The translations under genes were made by a program, and so were the position numbers. Shown here piece after piece: positions 1-14,780 of a stretch of 64,000 nucleotides of DNA; the first letter of the stretch is position 1; every line of letters begins with the position of its first letter. The notes beneath the pieces were generated by a model. That model was not told where the DNA came from, searched no databases, and worked only from the letters and a program-made list of their open reading frames with translations. This DNA comes from the human T2T-CHM13v2.0 reference genome, Homo sapiens: NCBI RefSeq assembly GCF_009914755.1, contig NC_060940.1. One strand, written 5' to 3'.

Positions 1-626
1 ACTAGAGATAAGATAAATCCTAATAGGGGCCAGGATCTTTTGCTGTCAAGAATATGAGATTGTATCTTCATTTATGGAGTAACTTTTACACCCTGAAAAT
101 GAGGATGATAAAAACAAGGCAGGTAAAGAAACAAAGACAGTGTACACATCCTTGTGCATATTCACAATGCAGGAGCTGAAAATTCGGTTGATGCAATGAA
201 TGTATAAAGAATTCAAGCTCAGCTACAGAATTCTGGTTGAAAGTTCAATTGCTGCCAATCCCCTTGGGTCCCAAGCAAGCATTTTGAGGGAAGCTGGCCC
301 ACATTTCCCTGTTCAAATCTGGTCTCTGGACCTCTGTCATATGCACCTTCCTCATTCTGATTACCCAGTTGATTGATGGATTCATGTACCAGGCAGCTAC
401 TCTGGGTGAGGTGGCCCTGTGAGAGAAAAGACTGGACACAGTCTCTACTCCGAGGGCAAATGCAACAGACGAAGAGCTACATAATGATGCTGCAGGAGTA
501 CCGAGCACAGAGAACTGAAGGAACCAGGAAAAGCTTCTCAGAGGAGATGCCATTTAATTATTTAAGATTTTCCTTTTATTTATATATTTTTTAAGTGCAC
601 ATGCTTATAATGATAAGTGATACAAG

Positions 627-1833
<1,207 letters not shown>

Positions 1834-2353
1834 GATATATTCATAAAGGGTAATCATCTCCCCCAACCAATACCCCCTTTCCTATATCCTTCTGTCTCAT
1901 CCCACTTGAGGTTTATACAGATTTCCGCACCCTTTTCTTTATACCAACATGTGAATGCAGGCTCTTGCACACCATACACAAGAGTACAGAAGGGTCAGTT
2001 GGTTTCTAGGTTGGCTGAATAATATCATAACATACGTGTTACCCTGCGAGGCAGGGATGAAGCTGTAAGAAGTAAATTAGATCAAGTGCTGTCTCTGTTT
2101 TCCAACACACATACACAAACACTTTTACAAAAATGGAGTCATATCATACCCATTGGTTTGTTGATGTTTTTGTTAGCACAGTCTTTTTTTCTTTGGGGCT
2201 TGCTTTGCTCTGCCATCTCTCTGCTCAGCTCCACCTTAATCAGTGCTGCAACTCCATGTGAACTGACCCTCTCAACCACACCATAAACCCATGCTATAAT
2301 CGGTTGCATATTTTCTGTTCTTTTTCCATTCTTACATAATTATTTTTTATCTA

Positions 2354-2396
2354 TGCACACCCACACACACACACCCACACACACATACAAACACGC
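2354..2396. repeat. (CA)n-like microsatellite
   Basis: gcacacccacacacacacacccacacacacatacaaacacgc. Confidence 0.85.
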
Positions 2397-2399
2397 ATA

Positions 2400-4770
2400 G
2401 GATTTTTAAAAAATGTTTTGTTAAAACATGGTATTATAATGTGCATACATCTTTGCATCTGGAGCTTTACAATAGTTCTAATCTCAACAATTGTTCTAAT
2501 TCTTATTTATTTATTTGGCTGCATCATATAATATAATATTTCTTAGTGTGAATGTACTATAACTTAATGAATATGCCACTACTAATGGACGTTTACTATT
2601 TTCCATATTTTTTCCTTGTTGAGAAATGCTAATAATAAACATCTCTGAATATTTCTATAGAGCAAAACTGCAAGAATGCTGTTTCTGGGTTGAAGGGCAT
2701 GTGTATTTTTGGCTTTAATACATTTATCCATATGGTTTCCAGAAATGCTTCATATTTCTGCCAGTGATAAAAGAACTTTCCCACCATCCCCACCAGCAAT
2801 AGGTCTTAACTCTCTTTTTAATTTTTGCCTGGGACATGAGTGCAAAATAATAATTCGTTACTTTAATTTGCATTTCTTGACTACCAACAAGTCTGAATAT
2901 ATTTTCATATCTTTATTGGGAGTTGGGTTTGCTATTCTGTGAATTGCATATTCATATTCTTTGTTTTTGTTTCTGTGGGATTGTTTCTCTTTGTCAATTT
3001 GTAAGAGCTCTTTGTACAGCATAGATATTAACCTGTGATCTGCCACCTGCATTGTAAATGTTTCCCAATTCTTTGATTTCTCTGTTAACTTGGAAAGTGT
3101 TACCTTTAGCTATGTTTATATAGTTATGGTTGATAGTTACATAATATATAGTTTGTGGTTGATGTTTACATAGACATGTGCATTGTGTTTCCCCTTTAAA
3201 ATTTAGTGATCCCCTCTTGGTTATGAAGGCCTTTCACCCCTAGAGTGTAAGTAAATATAAGTTTTTTGCAATTTTTTGTATAACTTTTTATAGAGAGAGC
3301 TTTGTTTAATCCATGTGAATTTATTTTTTATGTGGTATGAGAGAGTCTACCTCCTTATTCTTTTAATCCAATAGCCATTTGGGCATGGTTATTTACTAAA
3401 TAAACTACATTTTCCTCATTGGATGAAGATATCTCTGTTGCCATATTTAGAAACTTTATATTCATTAGGATCTATTTCTGGATCTTCTTTTCCACTGATT
3501 AATTTTTTGATTCTTATGCTATTATTATATTGATTTGTTTAGAGAGGTTTCATAGTGAGTTTTAGTGTCTGGTAAGGCAAATCCTTCATCTTAACTTTTA
3601 TATATGTGTACGCAAATTTTAGTATTCTTGAGCAATTTTCAAATCTATGTGAACTGAAGTTAATTTTACCTTCAAAGCAAAGAAAAATGCTATTCATGTT
3701 TTAATAGGAGTATCATTAAATTTTATATATTTATATGTATAATTTTGACACTTTTATGATACTACATTTCCCTAATGAAGAACCTAATTTTTCTTTCCAT
3801 TTGTTCAAAATCTGTTTTATGTCCTCCAATAAGCTTTTATAGTTTTATTCATATAGGTTCTATGGCTTTCTTGTTAAATTTTACCTTTTTGGCCAGGTGC
3901 GGTGGCTTATGCCTGTAATCCCAGCACTTTGGGAGGCTGAGGCGGGTGGATCACGAGGTCAGGAGTTCAAAACCAGCCTGGCCAAGATGATGAAACCCCG
4001 TCTCTACTGAAACTACAAAAATTAGCCAGGTGTGGTGGCAGGTGCCTGTAATCCCAGCTACTTGGGAGGCTTAGGCAAGAGAATCACTTGAACCAAGGTG
4101 GCAGAGGTTGCAGTGAGCTGAGATCAGGCCACTGCACTCCAGCCTGGGCGACAGAGGGAGACTCCATCTCAATAATTAATAAATACATCAATTTACCTTT
4201 GTATCATTTTTTCACTGTTGTAAATTTTAAAATTATTTCCATTTTTAGGTACTTATTGCTAGTTAGAGAATCTATTTTCCTCTTAGATTCTTCTTATATC
4301 ATTAAACCTTATCAAATACTCTCACTAATTATAGGATTTTAAAAGTTAGCTTGTATGGGCATTCTACATATGCAATCAAATCATCAGCCAAAAAAGTAGA
4401 ATTTTTTCTCCTCTTTTCCAGTTTTGGGCTCCTTATTTAATTTTTCTTATCTTATTACCTTGGCTGGAACCATTTAGACCATGCTAATATGTTAGTGATA
4501 GTGGGCATCGCTGTCTAGTTTCTGATTTTAATGAAAAGTTATTCTTATTTTAATATTTGTTGTTACTTTTTGTTAAAAAGTATTTATCATATTTAAACAT
4601 TTCCGTTTGATTCCTACTTTTTTTGTGTTTTTTACTTAAAGTACATATGGCCATAAAAGTTTATCAAATGCCGTTTTAGCCTTTGCTAATGTGATCATAG
4701 TTTTTCTCATTTATTGTTGAAGTAAAAAATTGTGGGAATAAAGTTTCTTACATTATAAATTGTATCTCCA
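2400..4770 (-). mobile_element. Old L1M (L1ME/MD-like) ORF2/3' fragments, antisense
   Basis: T-rich antisense L1 sequence; minus-strand ORF 2858-3052 (LISMLYKELLQIDK...KDMKIYSDLLVVKKCKLK) resembles the L1 ORF2p C-terminus. Confidence 0.75.
3891..4190 (+). mobile_element. AluS (AluSg-like) SINE
   Basis: GGCCAGGTGCGGTGGCT start; GGATCACGAGGTCAGGAGTTC...GGCCAAGATG; TSD similar to ATTTACCTTT. Confidence 0.95.
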
Positions 4771-5504
4771 AGGATAAAGAGGAGTCCCCTTAGACGGAAG
4801 GAGAAGAGTATATCAGGCAAAAAGGGGCTAGGGGAACTATTAATTAAGAAAAAGCAAAGAAGCCAGGGTTAAAGCTAGACATAAACACAGCTCTCTAGGG
4901 TCTGAAGGGTAGGGAATCTGCCGCGCAAAATGAGCAAATGAGGACGCTTGGGCTGTGATGGCTGGAAGTTCATGGGACTCAAGGTGGCTCATTGCATATG
5001 TGAGGTTGTGGTTCTGAAAGCATCAGTGGTTCTGATGTTTTCTGATGGAGGCAGGACAGCTTGCGGCATTTTCAGGAGCTGGTTAAGAGCTCATTAGCGA
5101 TGAAAAAGCATGAAGAGTGACAGGTTTGAAAAAAAAAACCCACTTATCTAGTTGGAAAAAGGCTTTATGGGGAGAAACAGTGTGGACCATTCTTTGGCAA
5201 GTGAGGACTGAAAAATATACCTACTGTTTAGACTTCAGGAGATGGGAGGTTAGAAACCAAAGATGTAGTCAGAAAAAAGGAAGGAGTTGTTTCTTTTGAG
5301 CGAAGCTTTTAAACTGTGAGATCTTTGTGGAGCAGGCACTGCTTTTTGCTGTTCCCAGTAACAACACACAGGACATTCGGCATAGGAGATGTTATATAAA
5401 TGCCTGATGAAGGCAGGTGGGCTCAACTTAGCCTACAGGGAGAAGGAAAAGGAACTGGAAAGAGATGGCCACTGATCATAAATCTTTAGAGTTTGAAGAA
5501 ACTG

Positions 5505-5715
5505 GAAATGTATTCAGTCATTCTTTCTTTTACTTATTTGTTAAATCATTCATATTTATTTGGCACCTACCATGTGTCAGTTACTCTGCTATGCAGTGGA
5601 AATACAATGATAAACAGGACAAATTCCCTGCCTTCATAGAACTTTCCTTTTGGTGGAAAGTGAGATAGGTGACTATTAAATAAATTAGATAACGATAGAC
5701 TGTGAGAAGTGCTCT
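5505..5715 (-). mobile_element. L2 3' end remnant
   Basis: tcattcatatttatttggcacctaccatgtgtcag matches the reverse complement of the L2 terminus. Confidence 0.65.
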
Positions 5716-5717
5716 AA

Positions 5718-5880
5718 TTGTTTCTAAGCTTTCATATGCATACTGGTGGTCTGGGGAACCCTGTTAAAATGCAAATTCTGGCTTACTCAGTTTGGGGTTA
5801 AGCTGAGGTTTTGCAGTTCTAACAAGTTCTCAGGTGATACTACTGCTCGTAGTCTAAGGACCAGCTTTTGAGGATTAGCA
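5718..5880. mobile_element. MER5A hAT-Charlie MITE
   Basis: tgttaaaatgcaaattctgg...tctaacaagttctcaggtgat...gaccagcttttgag. Confidence 0.7.
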
Positions 5881-6201
5881 GGATTATGAAGGCTACAGCT
5901 AATGATGGGAAGGGGACTGCTTTGCAGATGGGGTAGTCAGCAGATACTGCTAAAGACATGCTTTTGAGGTAAGTTCGGAAAGAGATATTGGGTACTCGAG
6001 CAAGGCTAAAAATCAGGACTGCAAATGTCTGGAGAGCATGTTGTGAGTGTAACTGCTGGGACCCACTGTTGTCTTGATGGAGAGCCTGAAAACAGAGTGA
6101 GAAGAGATGATAAATTGAGGATAATGATACTGAGAGGATTTAGGCTTGTTTCTGGGAAGATGGGTTCCAATGAGTGAGATTCTCATTAACTAATTTATAA
6201 T

Positions 6202-6202
<1 letters not shown>

Positions 6203-6232
<30 letters not shown>
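6203..6232. repeat. (CA)n microsatellite
   Basis: About 15 perfect AC units. Confidence 0.95.
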
Positions 6233-6235
<3 letters not shown>

Positions 6236-7219
6236 CTGCAATATGCCTATATGATGCAACAAAGGGAAGGTTTTGCAAGTGGGAGACTTAGCCCTGGAAA
6301 GGGAGAAACAGCCTCTGTCAGGAGAGGGCATTAGACATGTGACCTAAAAGAGGAAAGGGAGGTGAACAGATGCCGGAGAGGGGAAAGAGTGTCCAGACAA
6401 AAGGCCCTCAAAGAACTGGAGGTGCTAGTGTGACTGTAGCCCTGAGAAGGGAGGGGAGCAACAGGGCCAGGGACCAGTCCATGCAGAGCCCGTGAGGCCT
6501 GTCCGAGGTTCTGTGTATAACGACGGTGTTGGTAAGGGGCTGGTGTCCACTTATGCACCTACCTTTATTGCCGTCAGCTCTATAGCATGCAACTGGCTGC
6601 CCTTTGGGAAATGTGGCTCAACATATTGGATGTGCCAATCCATGTAGCCTGCCTAGAGTGGGAGCCCCTGTAGGAATCAGACTCAGCACTGGGCCTTACT
6701 TACTTGGGTGATGAGAAAACGGTTTTCCTTGGGGAACAGGGATGGAGGTAGGAAGGGATCGCCATCTATAGTTAGCTGTAACCAAGATGCACGCAACTTC
6801 TGGCATGGCTATTCCTGTAGTTTGAATGACCACAGGCTAGAGTAAGTCACCCTTGTTATAATTTGTACCATCTGTCTTCTCAGCTTTTTCTGCCTGACGT
6901 CTGAGGGTCCCACCCACTGGTTCAGCCCTGCTCCCAGTTCCTTCTTGTGCCAGTAGCACCAAACCGGGCCTTGCTCTCTGCCACTATCTTCATTCAGTTT
7001 CTCCTTGAGCACCACAATGAGGATAGCATTGCTACCCATGCTCACTTTACAGAGGTTAAACTTGTCCAGTCATAATGTCAGCCAATAATTGTTAAGTATG
7101 TATCCTGTGCCAGGTGCAGCACATACGCTTTTCATCAGGAATTAGCTCCTTTAGCTCAGCAGGTGATGAGATAGAAAAAAGAAAAAGAGGGAGAAACTTG
7201 TATAGCTTTACTCCACAAA

Positions 7220-7790
7220 AAGACATTCATTCAACAAATCTTTGTTTATTAAGTCCCCACCACGTGCCAGGTAAAGTTGGCAATGCTAGGGAGATAGCAG
7301 TGGAGATACAGACCAAATGCCCTGTCCTCATTGCGCCTACGTTCTAGTTAGGAGAGAGAGATTGTGAAAGTAAGAAGCAGAATATGAGTTATATTAGATG
7401 GTGGTCAGTGCCAAGAAAGACAAACCCAGGAAAGGGAGAGTCAGGAGGAGGGAGGGTTTGCAGTTAGTCTGCATGAACAGAGAAAGGCTCTAAAAGACCA
7501 AGACATTTGAGCCGAGACTGAAAGAGGAGAGAGAGAAATGAGCAAAGAGCTGAGATGAGAGCCCTGGGGGTGGGTTTATGGATCTGCAAAGAGCAGAATA
7601 GGCTAGACAGAGCCAGGAAGGAGGGTGGGGCTGAAGTCAGAGGGCCAGTCTTAGCTGGAGGGAAAGGAGGGTAGCCTTTATTCTGAGGAAGGTGAAAGCC
7701 ACTGAGAGCTTTGAGCCGAGGCGCAGTGACATTTGACGTCATTTTTAACGCATCTCTGGGGCTGCCTTATCAGGGTGAACATAGTGTCAG
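7220..7790 (-). mobile_element. L2 remnant
   Basis: cattcattcaacaaatctttgtttattaag...gtgccagg, then purine-rich antisense L2 (gacatttgagccgagactgaa, agccactgagagctttgagc). Confidence 0.7.
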
Positions 7791-8959
7791 AAAGGTATTG
7801 AGAAGAGACATTATGGGAAACACCTAATTTACACTTTCGTCCACTCCCAAAGATGGCTGAGCTCCATCTGCCAGGCTTCTCTGGAGCTCAAGAGAGACAG
7901 CAGTCTTATAAATAAAATCAGATATAAGACCCTGAGCAGGCAGGGGCTGCCCCTCCTCCCCTCCTGGCACCCACTCAGGCTCCCAGTGAGCGCACACCTG
8001 GGGTGTGTCCATAATGCTTTTGATTATCTTTGTTCTCCCAGCCTCCTCCACGTTTGTGGAGTTTTCTATTTGCATACCTTTCCCTGAGCTTTTAATGATT
8101 ATTTCCCCATCTTAACCGTTTGCCCCATTATTTAAATGAGTCTTAGGTACATGCAGAAATGCCAGGTGGGTGAGCGTGCTGAATAGGTGCTATAAGGACG
8201 GCGGGGCGGAGTGAGGAGTCACGGGCCTGCCAGTTGGCCCTGTCCACCGGTATGGCTGTGTTCCCATGCGCTTCACAGCTTTTTTTTTGTCCTCCATGTG
8301 CAAGCCCCACAACCCTTCTTCAGGTACATGGATGCATGGGGACTTTAATGAGAACATTAAACCAGTGGCCACAACTGTCTACATGACCTTTGATTGGAGA
8401 CTATTTTGTAGAGGTACTGGGCTTTTTTTTTTTTTTTTTTTTTCCGCTTTGTCTTAGAAACGTCTTAGTGAAATATCTGGATTTCACTCTCCTCTCTTGT
8501 TTCCAAATTTGTCCTCTGCCAGAGTTGTTTGTTTTGTTTTAAATTCACATAGATCACACAGTTCTCAAGTGCCTGCCATGGGACTGGGTACTTTTTGTCA
8601 CTGCGTTGAGTCCACACAATACTTCTAGAGGTACTAAGTTTATCTCTATGTATCAGATGAAGGAAACTGAAATGCAAGAAGCAAAGGGAATTAACAGCAT
8701 TTACAAAGCGAATAAGTGAAGAATGGGGGATTCAAACCTTGGTCTAGCCTGTTCCCAAGCCCATAGTGTATTTTGTGCCTCCTCCTTTTGGAGAGTGGGG
8801 TAGCAAAAGGGCGGTATGTAGAGGAGGGGGCCAGGGCTAAACCCTGAGTTTTACAACTTGATCAGCAATGAGACAAAGGAAGCAGGAAGAGGGTTGTCTG
8901 CAGGAACAGACAGCCCTTGTCTGCTATTGTCGTCACTGGCTTGGAAAAGATGTGGCAGC

Positions 8960-9125
8960 AGCTTTATGAAGTTTCCATAGACAGCCAGGGATGGTGATAT
9001 GCTGAATGACAGAAGCAGGATCTCAAAGATTTGAGTGGACAGGAATGATGAGTTGAATCTAACACAATAATATTTAATAATAGTAAATGTAAGATCTGGC
9101 CCTTGGGTGCAAAATATTAACCAAC
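8960..9125 (+). mobile_element. L3/CR1 ORF2 remnant
   Basis: tgaatgacagaagcaggatctcaaagattt...aatagtaaatgtaagatctggcccttgggt resembles the L3 RT-region consensus. Confidence 0.5.
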
Positions 9126-9479
9126 CAATGGAATCTTGGCTTAGCTGGATTTATATCCAGCAAATATTTACTGAGCATCTGTTCTTTGCCAGGCATTGAG
9201 GTTGTAGCAGTTAACAAACCAGGCAGGATTCTTGTTTTGTGGGGATGATACTCACCTGGGCAGAGAGAAGCAAAAGCAAATAAACAAAAATAGCTAATAA
9301 ACCACCAGAGCTGATGCATGCTGGGATGGTTGGGGAACAAACAGGACTGTTCAGTTAGGACCAAAAGTCCTGGGGAGCTTCTGTAGCCACGAAGCTCAAT
9401 GCATGTTAGTGGCTTCCTTCAAAAGGGGGATGAGAGCTCTCAGCAATTTGTCTGATAGTTTTGGAAGAGGTTGTTGTTC

Positions 9480-10120
9480 AATCTTTCATTGAATATGTAT
9501 TTATTGTGCACTTAGTATGTGGCAGGCACTATTCTAGGTTCCGGGCATAGATTGTCCTCTTGGAGTTTATATTCTAATATGAGAGAGAAACAATAAACTC
9601 TTAAGTAAATTTATAATGTGATTTTGGGAGGTAAGTGCTATGAAGAAATATTAATTAGGATAAAGAGCTAGAAAGCAATGGGGCTTCTTTAGGGAACTTG
9701 GTCAGGGAGGGGCTCGCTGGAGACATAATATTTGAGTAGAGACCTGAATGAGGAGATGGAACAATTATAAGATATATGGGGAATAATATGTTGGCAACAA
9801 GTGCAAAGACTCTTGGGTAGAAAATGGGTTAGAGGTCCAGAGCCATTGGCACTGGAGTGAAATGAGCAAGACAGAGTTCGGAAAAGTTTGGGAAGGAAGC
9901 AGGGTAGACGCTGTGGAGCAAATGGGTGTGGAAAGAAATGTGAATTTCACCATAAGTAAGAAGGAAAGCCACTGGAAGTTTTTTGAGCAGGGCAGTGCTG
10001 CGGTCTAATTGGAGTTTCAAAAGGCTTACTCTGCTGCTGTGTGAAGCATATGCTCTTGGCGCAAGAAGACCAGTTAAGAGGTAGTGGAGAAAGGCGCCTG
10101 GACTAAGTGGCAGCCCCAAG
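9480..10120 (-). mobile_element. L2 remnant
   Basis: tatttattgtgcacttagtatgtggcaggcactattctagg...atttgagtagagacctgaatga...gccactggaagttttttgagcaggg. Confidence 0.75.
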
Positions 10121-12209
10121 TGGACAAAGGGGCTTAGACTACGCGGTAACCCCATAGCAACAATCCAAAAGTTCCCCCTGGAGTCTCAAGTGGCCTAAGC
10201 GAAGCCTCACTGGTGACAGGAGGCACCAGATCAGGCTCCTTGACACCCCCAGGGCTAGGGGTCATGATTCCAGCACAACCTCCTTGGCCGAGAGAGATTT
10301 CAGGGGCTTGGTCCTAGTGACATGTTGGTCTCAGCCTGTGTAGTGCTGATTATTTACAGTACTGCTTGCCTCACACATAGTTTTACAGGCAAACATATTC
10401 AAAGCAGGCTTTCCTCCTATGTGTTTTCTGCTTAGTTACCTTCATTTTGCCCATCCACTAGTATCATAGAGCATTCCCCCAGCTCCCAAGCTCAGAATGA
10501 AGGTATCTGCTGACAGATCCCTAAAAGACAAGCCAAATATGTCCAGCAATCCCCAAAGGGTGACACACAGGATCCACACATGTACAGTCTCATGCTGCTT
10601 TCCTGGCAGCACCCTGGTCATATCCTTGCCACATACTGAGATCCTGTTTTCTCTGCTGAAAAATCAAGGTCTGCCTCGAAGCCTGCTTCTGCTCCATGGC
10701 AAACGACAAGAGCTTCACCTTCTCTGCACCCTCCACAAGTCCCTGCTGGTCTCGCCATTGTTCACCACTCAGAGAGAGGAGGTGACCCTTTCCTCTTACC
10801 CTCTGTCTCACCCCCTTTGCTTCTGACTGTGCCTCCTCCACCCCCACCATCTCTTACACAGGGACACAGCTGATTGCTGTGTCCAAGGAGGAGACAGGCA
10901 TCATTCCAGCTTTTTCTGTCACATGACTCTCGGCTGGGTGCTTTCCTCCTTCATTCAGGAGACTAACAGCCCCGTGCACATCAATTCATGAGAAAAAATG
11001 CCGAGGGACTGATTGCATTGCTGGGTCTCTATGTCCAATGTTTACTTGGTTTCCTGTGAACCCCCCCAGCTTGGTGTCTCTCTTTGATGTCATTCATTTG
11101 GACTTAAGCTCAGGCCGTGCAGGATTATTGATTATGTCTTTATAGGTCCCTAACTAGACTACAAACAGCTAGAAGTCAGGATCTACATCTTATCCATCTT
11201 TGTATCCCCTGGAGAGCGTAGCGTGGTGACTTATTTATGGTGGGTGTCCTGTATGTATATGCTGACGGACTGACTGTTTCACTGGCCCCAGGGGCTAAAG
11301 GGCTTCCATGAGGGTCTAAGCAGGGACCGTGTATTTGTCTCTGCTTATTCGGTTGTAACAATAGATCAAGGCAAGACTTCAATTATCCTTTACTTTCATT
11401 CCCAAACTCTCTTCTCTGTTCGTTCTATTGAAAATGCCTAGTGACAGACAGCCAGAGGCTGAAAGAGACAGAATGCTTTCAGAATCTTAGCAAAGCTGTG
11501 TGGCAGGAAGGACATATTTCAATGAAGTTATTTTCCTCCAAGGCTAATATTGTGCTTCCATACTTCAAGCTCTAGTGAGCTCATCAACAATGTTTGCCTT
11601 TAATTTTACCATTTGTACCCAGTCATATGTTACTTGCTGTGTTTCTGTGTAGCTTCGTTTCATCAAAGGGATGTTAGGGCTTCCATTGTCTTTGAAAAGT
11701 TGCTTCAAGATGGATGTGCATGGATATCCATCCTGTTTCATTATCTTCTTTGTCACATTCTCTCAGTCATCTGTGAAAGAATACGTTGCTCATAGACTCA
11801 TTAAAAAAAAATAAAATTCTTGTGGTTAAATGGAGGAAGGACATTGCATATTGGTTTGGGGCATGGGGAACCTTCTTGATTTCTCCCCACAGGAAGGACC
11901 CCTGGCCTTTCCCTAGAAGAGCATGTGGCTTCGAGTCTTAGACACAGCTGGGGAACCCATGGGATTGTAGCTTTCCAGAGAGGAGAACCTATGTTCTCTC
12001 AGAAAGGATTCCTTCCTTCTTTTGTGAAAGGCTGTCCATTCTGCAATGTGTATTGGAATCACCTTGGGATAACTGTTGATGCCCCACCCATCCCTGGCCA
12101 ATAAAATACCAGCTTCCTGGTTGGAGCTTGAAGCCTGCCATTGACGTAGTTATAAAAGCCCCCCAGGTCAGTCTACTGTGCAGCCAGAGGAGAAACTACT
12201 GTGCTAGGC

Positions 12210-12410
12210 CAGTGGCTCTCAACTGGGGGCAATTTTTCCTTGAGCAGGTATTTGGTAATCAATGTCTGGGAGACATGTTTGATGGTCATAACTGTTGAGG
12301 GGTGTGGTGCTACCAGCATTGAGTGGGTGGAGGCCAAGGCAGAAGCCAGCCCCTCCTAACAAAGAATGATCCAATACAAAATGTCAAAGTGCCAAGGTTC
12401 AGAACCTCTC
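12210..12410 (+). mobile_element. MER20 hAT-Charlie MITE
   Basis: CAGTGGCTCTCAACTGGGGGCAATTTT...aacaaagaatgatcc...aaaatgtcaaagtgccaaggtt. Confidence 0.85.
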
Positions 12411-14495
12411 TCTAGAGCATTAGAAAAGCAAGCACACACATACACTCAGGTGCATACATAGATATTTTTACAAGTATATTACCTCCTATTTGCATAATGC
12501 CTTCTAGTTCTCAAAGACTTTTTACACACTTCATCGGTTTGATCTTTACCATGACACCGTAATGGAAATATTATCACCATCTTGATTTTACAGATCAGGA
12601 AATCAAGGCTGAGGAAAGGGAATGACTTCCTCAGGACCGCAAGATGTTCAGTTTCTCAGTGAGGGCTCTTTCCATTCGCAGACAGGTCCAATGGGTGCAC
12701 ATGCGTTTTCCTGCTCCGTGCCCCGTTGTGACAAACATAATAACTGAACACTGTCTTTGTTCCCGCTGAGCCCAAGTGCAGCCTCAGAATCCTTCTCAAC
12801 ACAGCACTCCAGCCAACCCCAGGTGTGAGATGAAACTTGTCACATAGCCTCTCCACCCTAAACACCATACCCCTCCCTGAATTATGATGATCTTGTTGAA
12901 AGAGACACCAAGGAGAGTTCTTGAGAGTAGGAGGGCTCTTGAACATCTGCAGGTGTTCAGACAATCTGTTTGGGAAATTGCAACGTTAACAGCATGCGCT
13001 CTTGCCGGCACCTATGAGGAAGCATCTGTCTCCCTAACCCCTATATTTCTTTATAACTTTATTAGTGTGTTTGGCTCTCACCATATGCTGCTAATTGACA
13101 TAGAAAGGAAGTATGCACAGTTGTGTTCCTCATTTGGTGCAGACTAAAAACTTCACCTTCTTCTTGAGCTTGCTAGGATCTCCCTCTTGAGCCCAAAACA
13201 TGAGATAATTATGAGAACATGAACTATGATTCATGAAGCCGATGGGACAGGAATGAGAGCACGCTCAGCCTGTAGCGTGAAGAAGCTAGGGCCAGCAGCC
13301 CCTGCTTGAGCTCTGGGCACGACGAATAGTGGCATGTACAATTAAATGCCCAGTGCCTGTAAGAAAGCTGCCATGGGAGGGAGGCAAGCAGAAGGAGAAA
13401 AATCAAGTGCAGTTAGAGACTAACTTCTCCATCTTCCAGGCAGGCAGGTAATAGAGAAGATACAGGCAGCTCGGTGGATCATTTGGCTCCATCATTGGGA
13501 GACAAGTACAAAACAGCATAGAGCATCTGCTCATCGAGGTGTGGGTTGCCGTTTCAAAAAGTTGCAGGAGCCTCTTCGTAATAAACGGGGCTCTAGCCTC
13601 CTGGTCTGGCTTTATCATCTGCAAGTATCTGTGGGATCAGTCTCTAGCAGCAAACGTGGAGATTTCATTACAATTGATGAATTTGACCGGAAATGATCTC
13701 CTTGTGTCTTTGGTCCTCACTATGGGGCTGGCTGGCGTGTGTGTCCAAAGACACTGTAGTGTGAGGCTGCACAGGTGTTCTGCTGTTCTGAGCCCCCATC
13801 ATACTGGGGAGCGGGAGGGATCAAGGCATGCTCTGCCACTAATTAGGCTATAGCGACAGTGCACAGGCAGCATTCAGGCGGGTCTTGGCAACAGGACAAT
13901 TCATAGCTTTCCTTTCACCAGGAACTTGGCCAGAGACTTCCCATGTTGCCCTAGAGTTCTGGTGTCCACCCTGGCTGCACTTTGGGGACTAGCTGGGGAG
14001 TCCTGTCCACCTCTGTCTACCTTTCTATCTATCACTGCTGGGCTAGTATCTCCCAAGGGCAGGGGACTTCAGTCTGTTTTGTTTATAGCTGCATCCAGAG
14101 TGTCCATTGTGCCTGATACTCCATGAATGAATTATTACCTCCTCTGTGCCAGGCCTTGCCATACCCTGTCAAAGATATCACTGACCATGATGACTATGGC
14201 ATCTGTCTACTGTGCTGTCATTGTTCTTATTTTTATGGATGAGAAAACTAAAGCTAAGAAGTAATTAATTTGTAGGATATTATACAATTTGTTAAGTGGG
14301 AAAGCTGTAATTTGTACTAAGTCAAGCTCATATCAAAGCCCAATCTCTCTGGATTCTTGTGCTTCTGTTCTTAAGAGGAGTGGGTGTGAAGTGTGAATAA
14401 CTGCACACCTCCCTTAATTATGGTAGAACAGTTATTTAAGCAAACTAAGTGGTTTGGAAAATGCAAAAAGCTTCATGGTTTGGTATTCGGGAAAA

Positions 14496-14780
14496 CAGCA
14501 TTTTCTAAGCCATGCTCTGGGAACAATAACCTCAGAATTGCTAAATGGTGTCCCATGAAAAACACCTAACATAGGGTTCTGCCAATAAACAACTTGGAGA
14601 ACTACATCTTCTGACACCCTCTCTTTGTGGAATCATAATTTCACATTAATACAACAAAGGCTCTGAGCAATCCTGCACTGAATAATTCTTTGTTTAATGT
14701 AAAATTTGCCAAATCTATGTATCTTCAAAACCTCTCTTCTTTCCTCATTGACAATCTATTAATAGCTCATAAGATGCTGC
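14496..14780. mobile_element. hAT-Charlie non-autonomous element (MER112/Charlie18-like)
   Basis: cagcattttctaagc...aaaggctctgagcaatcctgcactgaa...tttgccaaatctat. Confidence 0.45.

Noticed and set aside
13704-13754. Hairpin GTGTCTTTGG...CCAAAGACAC as a possible pre-miRNA
   Set aside because: Only a 10-bp stem with a poorly paired interior; expected by chance
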